DNA of 64,000 nucleotides, from positions 32,001 through 96,000 of IMG/VR virus record IMGVR_UViG_3300036859_000816; one strand, written 5' to 3'. The notes beneath the pieces were generated by a model, which saw only the letters and a program-made list of their open reading frames with translations, made no database searches and was not told the origin of the DNA. The position numbers and the translations under genes were made by a program. Source of the DNA: a virus. Shown one piece after another: positions 9,418-18,492 of this stretch. Numbering within the stretch: the first letter of the stretch is position 1; every line of letters starts with the position of its first letter.

Positions 9418-10602
9418 ATGCCCAAAGGAGGCGGCGGCGGTGGTGGCCGTGGTGGAGGGGGAGGCGCGCGTGGAGGCGGTGGCATGCGCATGGGAGGCGG
9501 TTTTCGAGGCGGCCGCGGTGGCATGCGCATGGGCGGCGGCGGCTTTCGTCACCGTTTTCCACGACGGTTTTTCGGTGGCGGCGGAGCCTTCTTTGCGCCC
9601 GGCGGCGGTTGGTGGGGCGACGGTTATCCTTGGTACTGGAACGACTGGGATTACCCGCTCTATCTAATTGAAGACGAAGAAGAACGCGAAGAAGCGCGCA
9701 AGTGGCGTGAATTTCTCGCGATGCAAGCGGCACAGCAAGCGGCTACCCAAGCCGCTCAACTAGCCGTGCAACAAGTCGTCAAGGCGAAGTCGACGAAAGG
9801 TCTGGGTCTAGGTCTCGGCATCTTTCGGCCGAACGATAAGACAGCGCGTCCACTCGGACAGATGATGCCACATTCATGGAATGCACTCGGCGTCATCTTT
9901 GGAAACACGACGGCAGATCCCAAGGTTACGGAAACGCAGAAGTGGCTGAACGGTTACCTGAGCAAGCTTGGCTTCACGACGCTGACGGTCGATGGCAAAC
10001 TCGGAGCTAAGACGTGCGGCGCATGCGCCTGGTCGTTCGGTAATACACCCGACGTCGACATTTCGACCGCGCCACAGGCGTTCTTCGAAGTGTGGAACGT
10101 TTGCGCAAGCTCGTCGCAAACGGCACCGACTCCGCTTACGCAAGCTGCCAAAACTAGCGCGTACACGACCGGCGTCACCGCTATGCAAGCGAAGGTCGTG
10201 GACCCGAAATTGGTCGCGGACACTCAGACTGCATTGAATGTCGGCTTACTTGCGAACGGCATGTGCGCTCTCAGCGTGGATGGCAAAGCAGGGCCGGCTA
10301 CATGCGGAGCACAAGTTTGGTTGATAGCGCATGCCGGTGGTGATGGGCTCACACAAGCGCAACGTGATGCCATTTATCCCGTGTGCTCGGCTGGGTCTAA
10401 AGTAGCGCCCTCGGCGTGTCCGCCCGTGACGGCGGTTGCGCCCGTGGACATTACTAAGAAAGAACCGTCACCCGAAGCGGCGCTCGTTGCCCCAGCGAAA
10501 CCGGCATTTACCGGCGCGACCATGCTTGCCGGTCTAGGCATTGCTGCAGCGCTCGGTGCGCTCTGGTACGTTTACAGTCAGAAGAAGGCTGCCGGCGCAT
10601 GA
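9418..10602 (+). CDS. Putative virion protein: RGG/Gly-rich N-terminus, two PG-binding-like domains, C-terminal TM
   Basis: RBS AAGGAG; TQKWLN...VDGKLGAKT and TQTALN...VDGKAGPAT; TM plus KK. Confidence 0.85.
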   Translation: MPKGGGGGGGRGGGGGARGGGGMRMGGGFRGGRGGMRMGGGGFRHRFPRRFFGGGGAFFAPGGGWWGDGYPWYWNDWDYPLYLIEDEEEREEARKWREFLAMQAAQQAATQAAQLAVQQVVKAKSTKGLGLGLGIFRPNDKTARPLGQMMPHSWNALGVIFGNTTADPKVTETQKWLNGYLSKLGFTTLTVDGKLGAKTCGACAWSFGNTPDVDISTAPQAFFEVWNVCASSSQTAPTPLTQAAKTSAYTTGVTAMQAKVVDPKLVADTQTALNVGLLANGMCALSVDGKAGPATCGAQVWLIAHAGGDGLTQAQRDAIYPVCSAGSKVAPSACPPVTAVAPVDITKKEPSPEAALVAPAKPAFTGATMLAGLGIAAALGALWYVYSQKKAAGA

Positions 10603-11147
10603 GACGAGCTTACATTTCCATCGAGGATTTTCGTGCTCCGTTCGATCCCATTCCGTTTCAAGGATTGGGTCAGGACCCGTACGGCGATCCGCGTTGGCAT
10701 GTTCCGGCGCCGCCGCGTCGTTGGCCACGCGGCCGTAGCTATTGGGAGACCGCTCTCTTTCGTGCGCCGTATCGCAAGGGCTACTATCAGGACAACAGCC
10801 TGTTCGGTTTAGGCGCAACTGCGGCGACCGTCAGCGTCCAGGAAGTCCAGAAGGCGGTCGGTGCAGCTCAAACGGGGCAATGGGACGCCGCGACCGTGTC
10901 CGCAGTGCGCAAAAAGCAGAAGCAACTCGGATTGCCCGAAACCGGCGCTCCCGATTTCCCGCTGCTCGCTGCACTCGGCCTGGCTCAAGCTGAAGCGCCG
11001 ACGGTTACACCGGCGGACAGCTTTTTTCGCGACGCTCGTACAGCTCTGAACCAAGTGCCGCAGTGGGCGTACTTGGTGGGCGGCGGATTGCTCATGTTTT
11101 TGGCTTGGAACGGTTACCAGAGCTGGCGGCGGCAACCGGGTACGTAA
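10599..11147 (+). CDS. Putative virion protein with PG-binding-like domain and C-terminal TM
   Basis: VQEVQKAVG...TGQWDAATVSAVRKKQKQLGLPETG; FQGLGQ and LFGLGA. Confidence 0.8.
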   Translation: MRRAYISIEDFRAPFDPIPFQGLGQDPYGDPRWHVPAPPRRWPRGRSYWETALFRAPYRKGYYQDNSLFGLGATAATVSVQEVQKAVGAAQTGQWDAATVSAVRKKQKQLGLPETGAPDFPLLAALGLAQAEAPTVTPADSFFRDARTALNQVPQWAYLVGGGLLMFLAWNGYQSWRRQPGT

Positions 11148-11150
11148 GCG

Positions 11151-12086
11151 ATGACGATCGAGGAAACGTTCAACGATCTGACGGCGCGTGCCGAAACGAT
11201 TACCAAGGGCATTCCTTGGGCTCGGCTCGAAGCGGAAGGTAAAGTCGGAAACTACGTTGTAGACTACATTGCGCCCGCGTTCTCAGCAGCCACCGATGTC
11301 ATGAATACGCTGTACTACGATATCGTTCTGTACAACAAAGCGCAGACGGAAAGCGCGGTCAAACAAATTGCTGAGAACATGTACGACGGTATCAAGAATC
11401 AACTTTCCGACATGCTCCACGGCAATATTAGTGGATTTCTCAAAAATGGTGTTGCGTTGCAGGTGCGCAACTTGCGGGATCTAGTTTCCTTGGCATACGG
11501 CACAGCGTTCTTTGGAGCACGTCTGCACTCCAGTGCAACGGACTATGCGGCGATTGCGAGCTTGCCATACAATGATGTCAAGGCGCACGCGGACAAGGTT
11601 GTGCGAATTTTAGAGGGCATAAAAATCCTAGATGACCTCGGCGTGCTGACGTTCATGAAATGGGACAGCTCGTTCATGGAGGATCTGCGCATCGAACAAG
11701 GCTATCCGCCCAATACACCAAACCCACCAAACCCGATGAAGGGATTGGGAGCGGTGCCGGTTCTGGGAATTGTGATAGCGATCATTGCCGGCATTGTCAT
11801 TATCGCCGGCATTTGGATTTGGGCTCGATCCGCCAGTGAATACAATCGGCAGGCACTCGCGACTCTCGAAAAGCTATGCTCTGATCCAAGTCAATCCGAA
11901 AAGATCAAAACTCAGTGCGTCAAGGCGTTAAGCGAACCACAAGCGGGATTTGCGGCCGTGGTGCAGAAACTCGGTACGACCGCACTGACCTACGTATTCA
12001 TTGGTGCTCTGATTGTCGGGGCTATCTACTTGGCGCCTCGCATAGTGCGTTCATTCCGTGAAGCTCAAGCCGAAGCGAGGGCGTAG
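11151..12086 (+). CDS. Putative virion membrane protein (two TM after MKGLGA)
   Basis: 311 aa; TM VLGIVIAIIAGIVIIAGIWIW and YVFIGALIVGAIYL. Confidence 0.8.
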   Translation: MTIEETFNDLTARAETITKGIPWARLEAEGKVGNYVVDYIAPAFSAATDVMNTLYYDIVLYNKAQTESAVKQIAENMYDGIKNQLSDMLHGNISGFLKNGVALQVRNLRDLVSLAYGTAFFGARLHSSATDYAAIASLPYNDVKAHADKVVRILEGIKILDDLGVLTFMKWDSSFMEDLRIEQGYPPNTPNPPNPMKGLGAVPVLGIVIAIIAGIVIIAGIWIWARSASEYNRQALATLEKLCSDPSQSEKIKTQCVKALSEPQAGFAAVVQKLGTTALTYVFIGALIVGAIYLAPRIVRSFREAQAEARA

Positions 12087-12088
12087 CC

Positions 12089-12415
12089 GTGATCTATTCG
12101 CGTTGGCGTCCCGATGGCGGCTACGATTACTATCAGACTGCGGAAAGACGTGGACTTGGCGACGATCTACCGACGCCGCACATGACAAGCATTGGAGGCA
12201 TTGGTGTAGCGAGCACCGATGCGGGTCGCCGTATGCCGAGCAGCAGTCGCTATGTCGGTAGCGGTCCGGTTGCGCGCGGTAGCGTTGCTCCACTTGATCG
12301 ACGCGGACTGAGTCTGGGAGCAGTAAGTCCGACCGTCAGCAATCTCGGGTTTCTACTTGTCGCTGCATTGTTGGGGTGGTGGCTGCGCGGTCAGCTGAAC
12401 AAGGAGGCGCGTTGA
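12089..12415 (+). CDS. Small putative virion protein with C-terminal TM
   Basis: RRGLGD and LSLGA; TM LGFLLVAALLGWWL. Confidence 0.75.
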   Translation: MIYSRWRPDGGYDYYQTAERRGLGDDLPTPHMTSIGGIGVASTDAGRRMPSSSRYVGSGPVARGSVAPLDRRGLSLGAVSPTVSNLGFLLVAALLGWWLRGQLNKEAR

Positions 12416-12993
12416 TGCGCCGTCGCATGTATCAGCCGAACGAACCCGCACGCGAGATCGCGCGCAACATTCGCGAGACGTTCGTCGATCGTCCCGTCGA
12501 ACATGAGATAGCGGTTCCGTGGCGCTGGCCGCGAGGGCTACGTGAAGTCGGCGCATGTCAATCGGTCATGTATGCGAGCGACAAATGGCAAAAACGTCGC
12601 GATAATATCGTCGATTACAAACACGTCGCTGAAGGTCCGCAGTGGGTGCTCGCCCGACCCGGATTTCTGGTGCACTACGATCGACCCGACCGCAAGCTGC
12701 CAGTGGTGGGTCCAATGGTCGAGCTCGGACCGATGCCCGACAGTTTTGCCGTACTGGCGGATATTCTTGGCGTACAGGTGCGATTGTATGAACCGACCGA
12801 AGATGGCGGTTACGCCATTCCATCGGACCCGAACGAAGGATTCTACGAAGTCACGATCGCGCGAGCCAAACTTGGCGCCGCCCGCTTTCCGGACACACAC
12901 GACGCGTTCTTGATCGTTTACACGTCAGCGGGCGTCGATCTACTCATCGTGGGCGAACAGCTCGATGTCCAAAAGGACGGGATTGTCGGGTGA
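12415..12993 (+). CDS. Hypothetical protein (basic MRRR..N leader)
   Basis: RBS AAGGAGG at 12401 and TGATG coupling favour start 12415. Confidence 0.75.
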   Translation: MRRRMYQPNEPAREIARNIRETFVDRPVEHEIAVPWRWPRGLREVGACQSVMYASDKWQKRRDNIVDYKHVAEGPQWVLARPGFLVHYDRPDRKLPVVGPMVELGPMPDSFAVLADILGVQVRLYEPTEDGGYAIPSDPNEGFYEVTIARAKLGAARFPDTHDAFLIVYTSAGVDLLIVGEQLDVQKDGIVG

Positions 12994-12996
12994 ACC

Positions 12997-14031
12997 ATGC
13001 GACGACGCTATCTGCGCCGCAATCCAGCCTTCGAAATGACACCTGCTCGCGGATTGCCGGAACAAACGCGACCAGACCTCTCCGGGCTCGTCTTTATGGG
13101 TCTCGTCATCAACCCGAAGACCAAGCGGCCGGTCTTGGCAACAACAGATGGAGACTACGTAGGTATCCGCAGCATTGAGCAAGCTAATGTTCTTGAACAA
13201 CTTGGTCGTGGCTACCATTCGAGCAGTTACGAAGCAGCAGAAAAAGCGACAGGATATCCGCGCGTGCATACGCCCGAAGGCGTAGGTAAGAAGGGTCAAG
13301 GCTACGGCACGACGCTCTACACGGCACTGTGTTTAGGAGCAGAGTTAGCATGGGAGGAAAAGATCGAGATTTCGATGACTGGCAGCGGTCGCGGCATTTC
13401 GTCGGATTCGGAAGATCGTTCGGCAGCAGCGAGCCGATGGTGGGAAGCTGCACATGATCGCGGTCTGACGGATCAAGAGGTCGTCGAAGGTGAATCAGAG
13501 AGGGAAGAATACGTTAAACTCGATGTGAGCCCGAGCGAGTTAGAGGGATGCTTGACCGGTGTCGAAGGAGAAATCACCTATGTCAACGAAGTCAATGTCG
13601 ACATTGAAAAGCCCGCCGAGGATCGTACATTCGATTACTATACGTACAAGAGCGCGACCGAGCATAAGTTGATACCGCTATCGTTTGCTCTGGAAATTCC
13701 GCGGATGCCAAGTGGCGCCGAACTCAGGTATGTGTGGAAGGAAATCTTCGATGATCCTGACCGGTTAATCAGTTACGACTGGACCGCATTACTAGCTCTC
13801 GACGTTCGCGACCTGGATATCGATATCGTTAACTTGTTGTCGCTCGCATATATTGCTGCGGGTGGACGCGACAAAGATGTCGATGACCTCTGGTATCGGT
13901 GGAAACATGGCCTCGATCCGGACGTCGTCTCGCCGCAGGAGCGACTGTTTCGAGCCAATGCGGCGGGACTCGTGAGCGTGGCGGACGCGCGCGATGAGGC
14001 TGGCTGGACAGCGCTATCCGGTCTTCCTTGA
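12997..14031 (+). CDS. Hypothetical protein with GNAT-like acetyl-CoA-binding motif
   Basis: 344 aa; KKGQGYGTTLY resembles GNAT motif A, followed by S..RSAAASRWW; N-terminal MRRRYLRRNP. Confidence 0.6.
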   Translation: MRRRYLRRNPAFEMTPARGLPEQTRPDLSGLVFMGLVINPKTKRPVLATTDGDYVGIRSIEQANVLEQLGRGYHSSSYEAAEKATGYPRVHTPEGVGKKGQGYGTTLYTALCLGAELAWEEKIEISMTGSGRGISSDSEDRSAAASRWWEAAHDRGLTDQEVVEGESEREEYVKLDVSPSELEGCLTGVEGEITYVNEVNVDIEKPAEDRTFDYYTYKSATEHKLIPLSFALEIPRMPSGAELRYVWKEIFDDPDRLISYDWTALLALDVRDLDIDIVNLLSLAYIAAGGRDKDVDDLWYRWKHGLDPDVVSPQERLFRANAAGLVSVADARDEAGWTALSGLP

Positions 14032-15716
14032 GGTTTTTTGCGTTACGTGGCTCAAGACCGGTAAGCTACGGAGACCCAGTGAGTTACGCCAGATACACAC
14101 CGCACTATCCAGCGCTTCCGTCCGGGCCGCACTATCGGGCATTACCGTCGGGGCTGGGCGATGCTCAGGCGGATTTCAGTACGTACCTGAGCGCCGATCA
14201 AGCGGCGAATACGCAATCTCAAGGCTCAACCGACAGCTTAGTTGCGTACGCCAAAGAGGCCCAAGCGATCAAATCGTACTACGACGACATCAAAAAGTAC
14301 GGACCGAAGCGATGGCCCCGCAACTTCAAGGACGGCGCGAAAATGGCCGCCGATGGTCTGTACCGGTATTCGAAGGATTACGCCAAGGGTTGGGCCAAAA
14401 AGGAGATGGACGAGCTCGCGTCGAGTTACGGCTTCCAAGGTTGCGTACCCGACCATCTTCCGCGCAGCACGAAGGAAGCCTTTCATACTGGCGCGGACAT
14501 TGCCGCAGCGGGCGCATGCTATTCGATGGGAATTGAGCCGAAGCTCGGCGTGACGACGGTAGACTCGCTGTGGGACGGCCGCATTTCAGCCGAGGAGTGC
14601 GAAGCTATTGGCGCCGTTGCGGGCGCCGCCGCGGCCGCCGCTGTCGGTCAAATGTTCGGAATTCCGGCACCGATTGGAGCATTCATTGGCGGCAAAGTGG
14701 GAGGACTCGTCGGTAAAGGCATCGCGAAACTGTTCGGCTTGAGCAGTGATGCGCGACGAAAGTGGCTTGCCGAACAGAGAAAAATAGTCAAGCAAATCCA
14801 AGCGCAGGCTGATCAGCAGTGTTACCAAATTCGTCAAGCTTATTGGCAGATGTTCGACAAGCTTTTGGTCGAGATCGAAGCGCAGTGGGAACACTGGGAG
14901 CTGACTGTCGGCGCGAAGTTTGACCTGCGTTGGTTCGATCCGACGCCCGGCTTCTATGCCTGGATTCAGCAACAGTCCGCGCAATACAAAAGCTTCGTTG
15001 ATGGACCGTACTGTCAGCTCACGTGCGACAGCACGGTCATCTATAAAGGCGACCCGTATCTTAAAACGCATACGCAGGCACAACTCGATGCACTGATCAA
15101 ATCCAAGTGTGCCGCGACCGCTCAGAGTTCCGGAGAATTGTGTGCATACGGATGTGCTGTCGAATTCGGTTGTCTCTATCCGCGTTTCGCTACATGGAAG
15201 AAATCGAACACGCCGACGGACAAGCGACTGTTCGGTAGCACGCAGCGAGTCATCGATGCATTTCTCGCTCACGGATTCGAATGGATGCCGCCACCAACCG
15301 GCGTAAAATTGGTTGGATCAATTGGCGGACAAGCGCCGATATACGCTTCAAAACAGGGCGAACGTATTCTGGTGTGTGATTTGCCGGCAGCAACGAAGAA
15401 GGACGTTGAGAAGACGAAGTACCGCGATATATGGATCAAGATGCTCGAAACATTGGTGAACCATGAGGTCACCAAAGCGAACAATCTGCATACGGTTCAG
15501 GTACGCATACTCAACGATCTCATCAAAACGGCTTCGATAGCGCAGGCACAAGTTGAAATTGCAAAAATTGTCGAGCGCCAGAAGAAGGAACAGGCAGCAC
15601 TAGTAACGCGCGTCGCACCGAAGCTCATCACCGATCCCGGAAGATTGCGTAATCAAGTCATCAACACTGGTGCGCTCGTAGGCGGCAGCGGACTCTTACT
15701 GTGGAGTCTACTGTGA
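14028..15716 (+). CDS. Large putative virion protein with central Gly/Ala hydrophobic hairpin
   Basis: 562 aa; PSGLGD near the N-terminus; Cys-containing; hydrophobic C-terminus. Confidence 0.8.
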   Translation: MRFFALRGSRPVSYGDPVSYARYTPHYPALPSGPHYRALPSGLGDAQADFSTYLSADQAANTQSQGSTDSLVAYAKEAQAIKSYYDDIKKYGPKRWPRNFKDGAKMAADGLYRYSKDYAKGWAKKEMDELASSYGFQGCVPDHLPRSTKEAFHTGADIAAAGACYSMGIEPKLGVTTVDSLWDGRISAEECEAIGAVAGAAAAAAVGQMFGIPAPIGAFIGGKVGGLVGKGIAKLFGLSSDARRKWLAEQRKIVKQIQAQADQQCYQIRQAYWQMFDKLLVEIEAQWEHWELTVGAKFDLRWFDPTPGFYAWIQQQSAQYKSFVDGPYCQLTCDSTVIYKGDPYLKTHTQAQLDALIKSKCAATAQSSGELCAYGCAVEFGCLYPRFATWKKSNTPTDKRLFGSTQRVIDAFLAHGFEWMPPPTGVKLVGSIGGQAPIYASKQGERILVCDLPAATKKDVEKTKYRDIWIKMLETLVNHEVTKANNLHTVQVRILNDLIKTASIAQAQVEIAKIVERQKKEQAALVTRVAPKLITDPGRLRNQVINTGALVGGSGLLLWSLL

Positions 15717-16351
15717 GACGACAGAGACATCTAGGTCAAGCTCCCAGCGCTGCGGATCTCCAACGCATGGGCGAACAGCGAGCTAAGGAAGCCGCTGCGA
15801 CAGCAACCAAAGAAGCGCAAGCGGCTGCGCTAACAAAGTACGTGTACACGCCGACGCGCTACGCGAAGCTATCGACGATTCCGTATCCGCCACCGGCGCC
15901 TCCGTTAACACAGCTCGCGGTGGCTGCTGCGGATCTGGCGATTGCGTCAGCGGCAAAGGTGCGCAGCGCCAAGACCCTCGATGCGGCGCAGAAGGGCGCC
16001 GGAGAAACCGCGGTGGCGACTGCCGCGGCTTTACGCAAAGCGGCTGGTGTCTCGGAGGATCCGACGGCAATCGCAGCCGTCTCGCGAGCCAAAAAAGCGA
16101 TGGGCGATGCGGCAACAGCGCTCGCCGTCTGGACCAAACAGGACCCAAAGCAGCTCGCCGACGGACTCATCAAACAGGCCGACGCCTTGCTGACGCAGGA
16201 TACCGACCAAAAGGTCAATGCGACCCAAACCGTCGTTGCGGACTCCGTTGCGACGCTGCCCGAAGGCGCGATTCGGCTGGATTGGCAATTTTGGGCCGGT
16301 TTAGCCGCAGCGGGCGTCGGAGTTGTCCTGCTCGCGCGCCGCGGTGATTGA
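15713..16351 (+). CDS. Ala-rich putative virion protein with C-terminal TM
   Basis: GTGA coupling at 15713; RHLGQ; WQFWAGLAAAGVGVVLLARR. Confidence 0.75.
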   Translation: MRRQRHLGQAPSAADLQRMGEQRAKEAAATATKEAQAAALTKYVYTPTRYAKLSTIPYPPPAPPLTQLAVAAADLAIASAAKVRSAKTLDAAQKGAGETAVATAAALRKAAGVSEDPTAIAAVSRAKKAMGDAATALAVWTKQDPKQLADGLIKQADALLTQDTDQKVNATQTVVADSVATLPEGAIRLDWQFWAGLAAAGVGVVLLARRGD

Positions 16352-16370
16352 GCGCTTCAACCACCAAAAA

Positions 16371-16410
16371 GCGCAAAAATTTGCGCAACCTATCCCCCTC
16401 TGCGTAGGCT
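16371..16410 (+). promoter_or_regulatory. Promoter TTGCGC-N18-TAGGCT overlapped by palindrome GCGCAAA-AA-TTTGCGC
   Basis: Intergenic, upstream of the Arg-rich gene. Confidence 0.55.
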
Positions 16411-16487
16411 TGCCCTACCGCATCGTCCTAAGTGGCTCTCCGGACCGCTAGGCGCTCCCTGCAGTGACGCAGGATTGCGACCTGAAG

Positions 16488-18365
16488 ATGGCCCGACCGC
16501 TTGGCAAAACCTACCCGATTCGACCGCGTGATGTACGGACGTACGACTATACGGCGCCGCCTGGACGGCTGCGCGCGAATCCGGCGGTTACCACGATTGC
16601 TGCCATCAACGGTCCCGGTGCGTACCGAGGTCGACGCAGCGCACGCGCATCGATGGCGGGATTGAGCTCAAAGCATCGGGTCAACCGTGCCCGCACGCAG
16701 TTGAGCGCAGCACAACGAGACGCTTTTGCTCGAAAAGTCAGTGCAGCCCGTTCGGCTGCAACACCGAATCATCGGAGGAACGAAATGCAAACGAATGCAC
16801 GCAGGCGCCGTCGGCGCCGTTATGACGACAATCGTCGCCGCCGAGCGCGCCACCCGAGCGCCGCTACTACGACTACTCGTCGCCGTCGAACGCGCCGAGC
16901 AGCGAGCCCGGTCCGCCGTCGTCGCCGAGTGCGTCGAGCAGCGAGCCCGATTCGCCGTCGTAGAACCCGTCGTACCCGTCGGCATGTGCGGAATGCGTTC
17001 GTGGAAAATCGCCGTCGTCGCCGAACGCGTAAGAGCCCGGTTCGCCGTCGCCGAGTGCGTCGAGCAGCGAGCCCGGTCCGCCGTCGCCGTCGAACGCGCC
17101 GAGCAGCGAGCCCGGTCCGCCGTCGCCGTCGAACGCGCCGAGCAGCGAGCCCGGTCCGCCGTCGTCGCCGAACGCGCCACCTGACTGCCAATGTTCGCCG
17201 TCGCCGTCGTGGAACGCGGCGTTATGATGACAATGCTCGTCGCCGTCGCCGTCGAACGCGGCATCTGAGTGCCAACGTTCGCCGTCGCCGTCGTGGAACG
17301 CGGCGTTATGATGACAATGCTCGTCGCCGTCGCCGTCGAACGCGGCATCTGAGTGCCAACGTTCGCCGTCGCCGTCGTCACGTGCGCCGCGCGAGCCCGG
17401 TCCGCCGTCGCCGTCGCCGCTATAGCACCAACGCTCACCGTCGCCGTCACTACCGTCGCAACCAAGGCCTGTTCATGGAGGTCTTGCAGACCGGCGGTCT
17501 GATCACGGCGGGCATCGTCGGCCAGAAGCTACTCGCGGGCATCATCCGCAGTCAGATTCTGGATCGCGTGTTTCCGGCTGCGGCAGCTCCGGCTGCCGCT
17601 CCAGCGGCCGGATTGGGCGGCATCGAAGAGTACAACCCACTCATTGCCGGCGCACTGGCAGTAGCAGGCGGCATGTTCGTTACGAACATGGTTGTCAAAG
17701 ATACCAAAACGAAGACGCTCATCATGGGCGGCTTCGGCGCTGGGTTCATTCACAGCGCGTTGATCTTCCTGCTCGACAAGCTCAATCAGCCCGCCATTGC
17801 CGACATGTTGGCTGGTGAAGGTACCGCGGCTCGCATCTCTGCGATGTATGGCCTCGGCGCTGGAGTCAGCTTGCAACCGCATTACGCGCCCATGGGCGAG
17901 TACTTCAGTGAAGGCATGAGCGGTCTCGGAGCAGCGCCGGCACTGTATCAAGCAGCAGCTGGGATGGGTGCATACGGAGCGAATCCGGACATCTATCAGG
18001 CGGCCGCCGGATACGGCGATACGGATACGAGCTACGGCTTCGGTAACCACGTTAGCCCCTCTAGCGATCTCGAGCGTGAGCTCACCATCGCCGAAGCGGC
18101 GGCGGGTGTCGGTGCTGTGCAATCGTACGAAGCTTCGGCCGGAACCGGTGAGTACTTCTCGGCAACGGGTGAGTACTTTTCGGAACCGGGTGTGAGTGGC
18201 CTCGGTGCCATTCAGACGACGCCGGCAGCTGATACCTGGGTTCCGGGTATGGCGAATCCGCAGCTCTGGGCAGGCGTCAAGAGCGTCGGTGAGCCGCAGT
18301 CGGAGCACATGATGCTGCCCGCAGGCGTGCTCGAAACTGCAGGAGGCGCGGGCATCTTCGGGTAA
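16488..18365 (+). CDS. Protamine-like Arg-repeat core protein precursor with TM segments and Gly-rich acidic C-terminus
   Basis: RRAASPVRRRR and YDDNARRRRRR repeats; hydrophobic helices; four GLG and three GEYFS motifs; start 16488 (or GTG 16464). Confidence 0.85.
   Translation: MARPLGKTYPIRPRDVRTYDYTAPPGRLRANPAVTTIAAINGPGAYRGRRSARASMAGLSSKHRVNRARTQLSAAQRDAFARKVSAARSAATPNHRRNEMQTNARRRRRRRYDDNRRRRARHPSAATTTTRRRRTRRAASPVRRRRRVRRAASPIRRRRTRRTRRHVRNAFVENRRRRRTRKSPVRRRRVRRAASPVRRRRRTRRAASPVRRRRRTRRAASPVRRRRRTRHLTANVRRRRRGTRRYDDNARRRRRRTRHLSANVRRRRRGTRRYDDNARRRRRRTRHLSANVRRRRRHVRRASPVRRRRRRYSTNAHRRRHYRRNQGLFMEVLQTGGLITAGIVGQKLLAGIIRSQILDRVFPAAAAPAAAPAAGLGGIEEYNPLIAGALAVAGGMFVTNMVVKDTKTKTLIMGGFGAGFIHSALIFLLDKLNQPAIADMLAGEGTAARISAMYGLGAGVSLQPHYAPMGEYFSEGMSGLGAAPALYQAAAGMGAYGANPDIYQAAAGYGDTDTSYGFGNHVSPSSDLERELTIAEAAAGVGAVQSYEASAGTGEYFSATGEYFSEPGVSGLGAIQTTPAADTWVPGMANPQLWAGVKSVGEPQSEHMMLPAGVLETAGGAGIFG
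16896..17380 (+). repeat. Coding tandem repeats (39-nt and 84-nt units)
   Basis: 39-nt units at 16896, 16935, 17061, 17100, 17139; 84-nt units at 17178, 17262, partial at 17346. Confidence 0.9.
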
Positions 18366-18376
18366 CCGAAGTTCAC

Positions 18377-18430
18377 GCAATCAAGCCCGGGATGTCGTGG
18401 AAAACCACGGCACCGGGCTTGAGGCGTTGC
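18377..18430 (+). other. Long stem-loop in the leader of the putative major capsid gene
   Basis: TCAAGCCCGG...TGTCGTGG-AAAA-CCACGGCA...CCGGGCTTGA inverted repeat, no U-tract. Confidence 0.75.
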
Positions 18431-18492
18431 AAGGGCCGAGAGGAACCAGGCCTCACAAATCACGGTAGCCCGCGCACAGGAGTTCTAAAACC

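Noticed and set aside
16668-17465. Alternative-frame and antisense ORFs over the Arg repeats (e.g. 16820-17191 -, 16668-17465 -)
   Set aside because: Shadows of stop-free CGN repeats; the + frame has a promoter and coherent flanking domains
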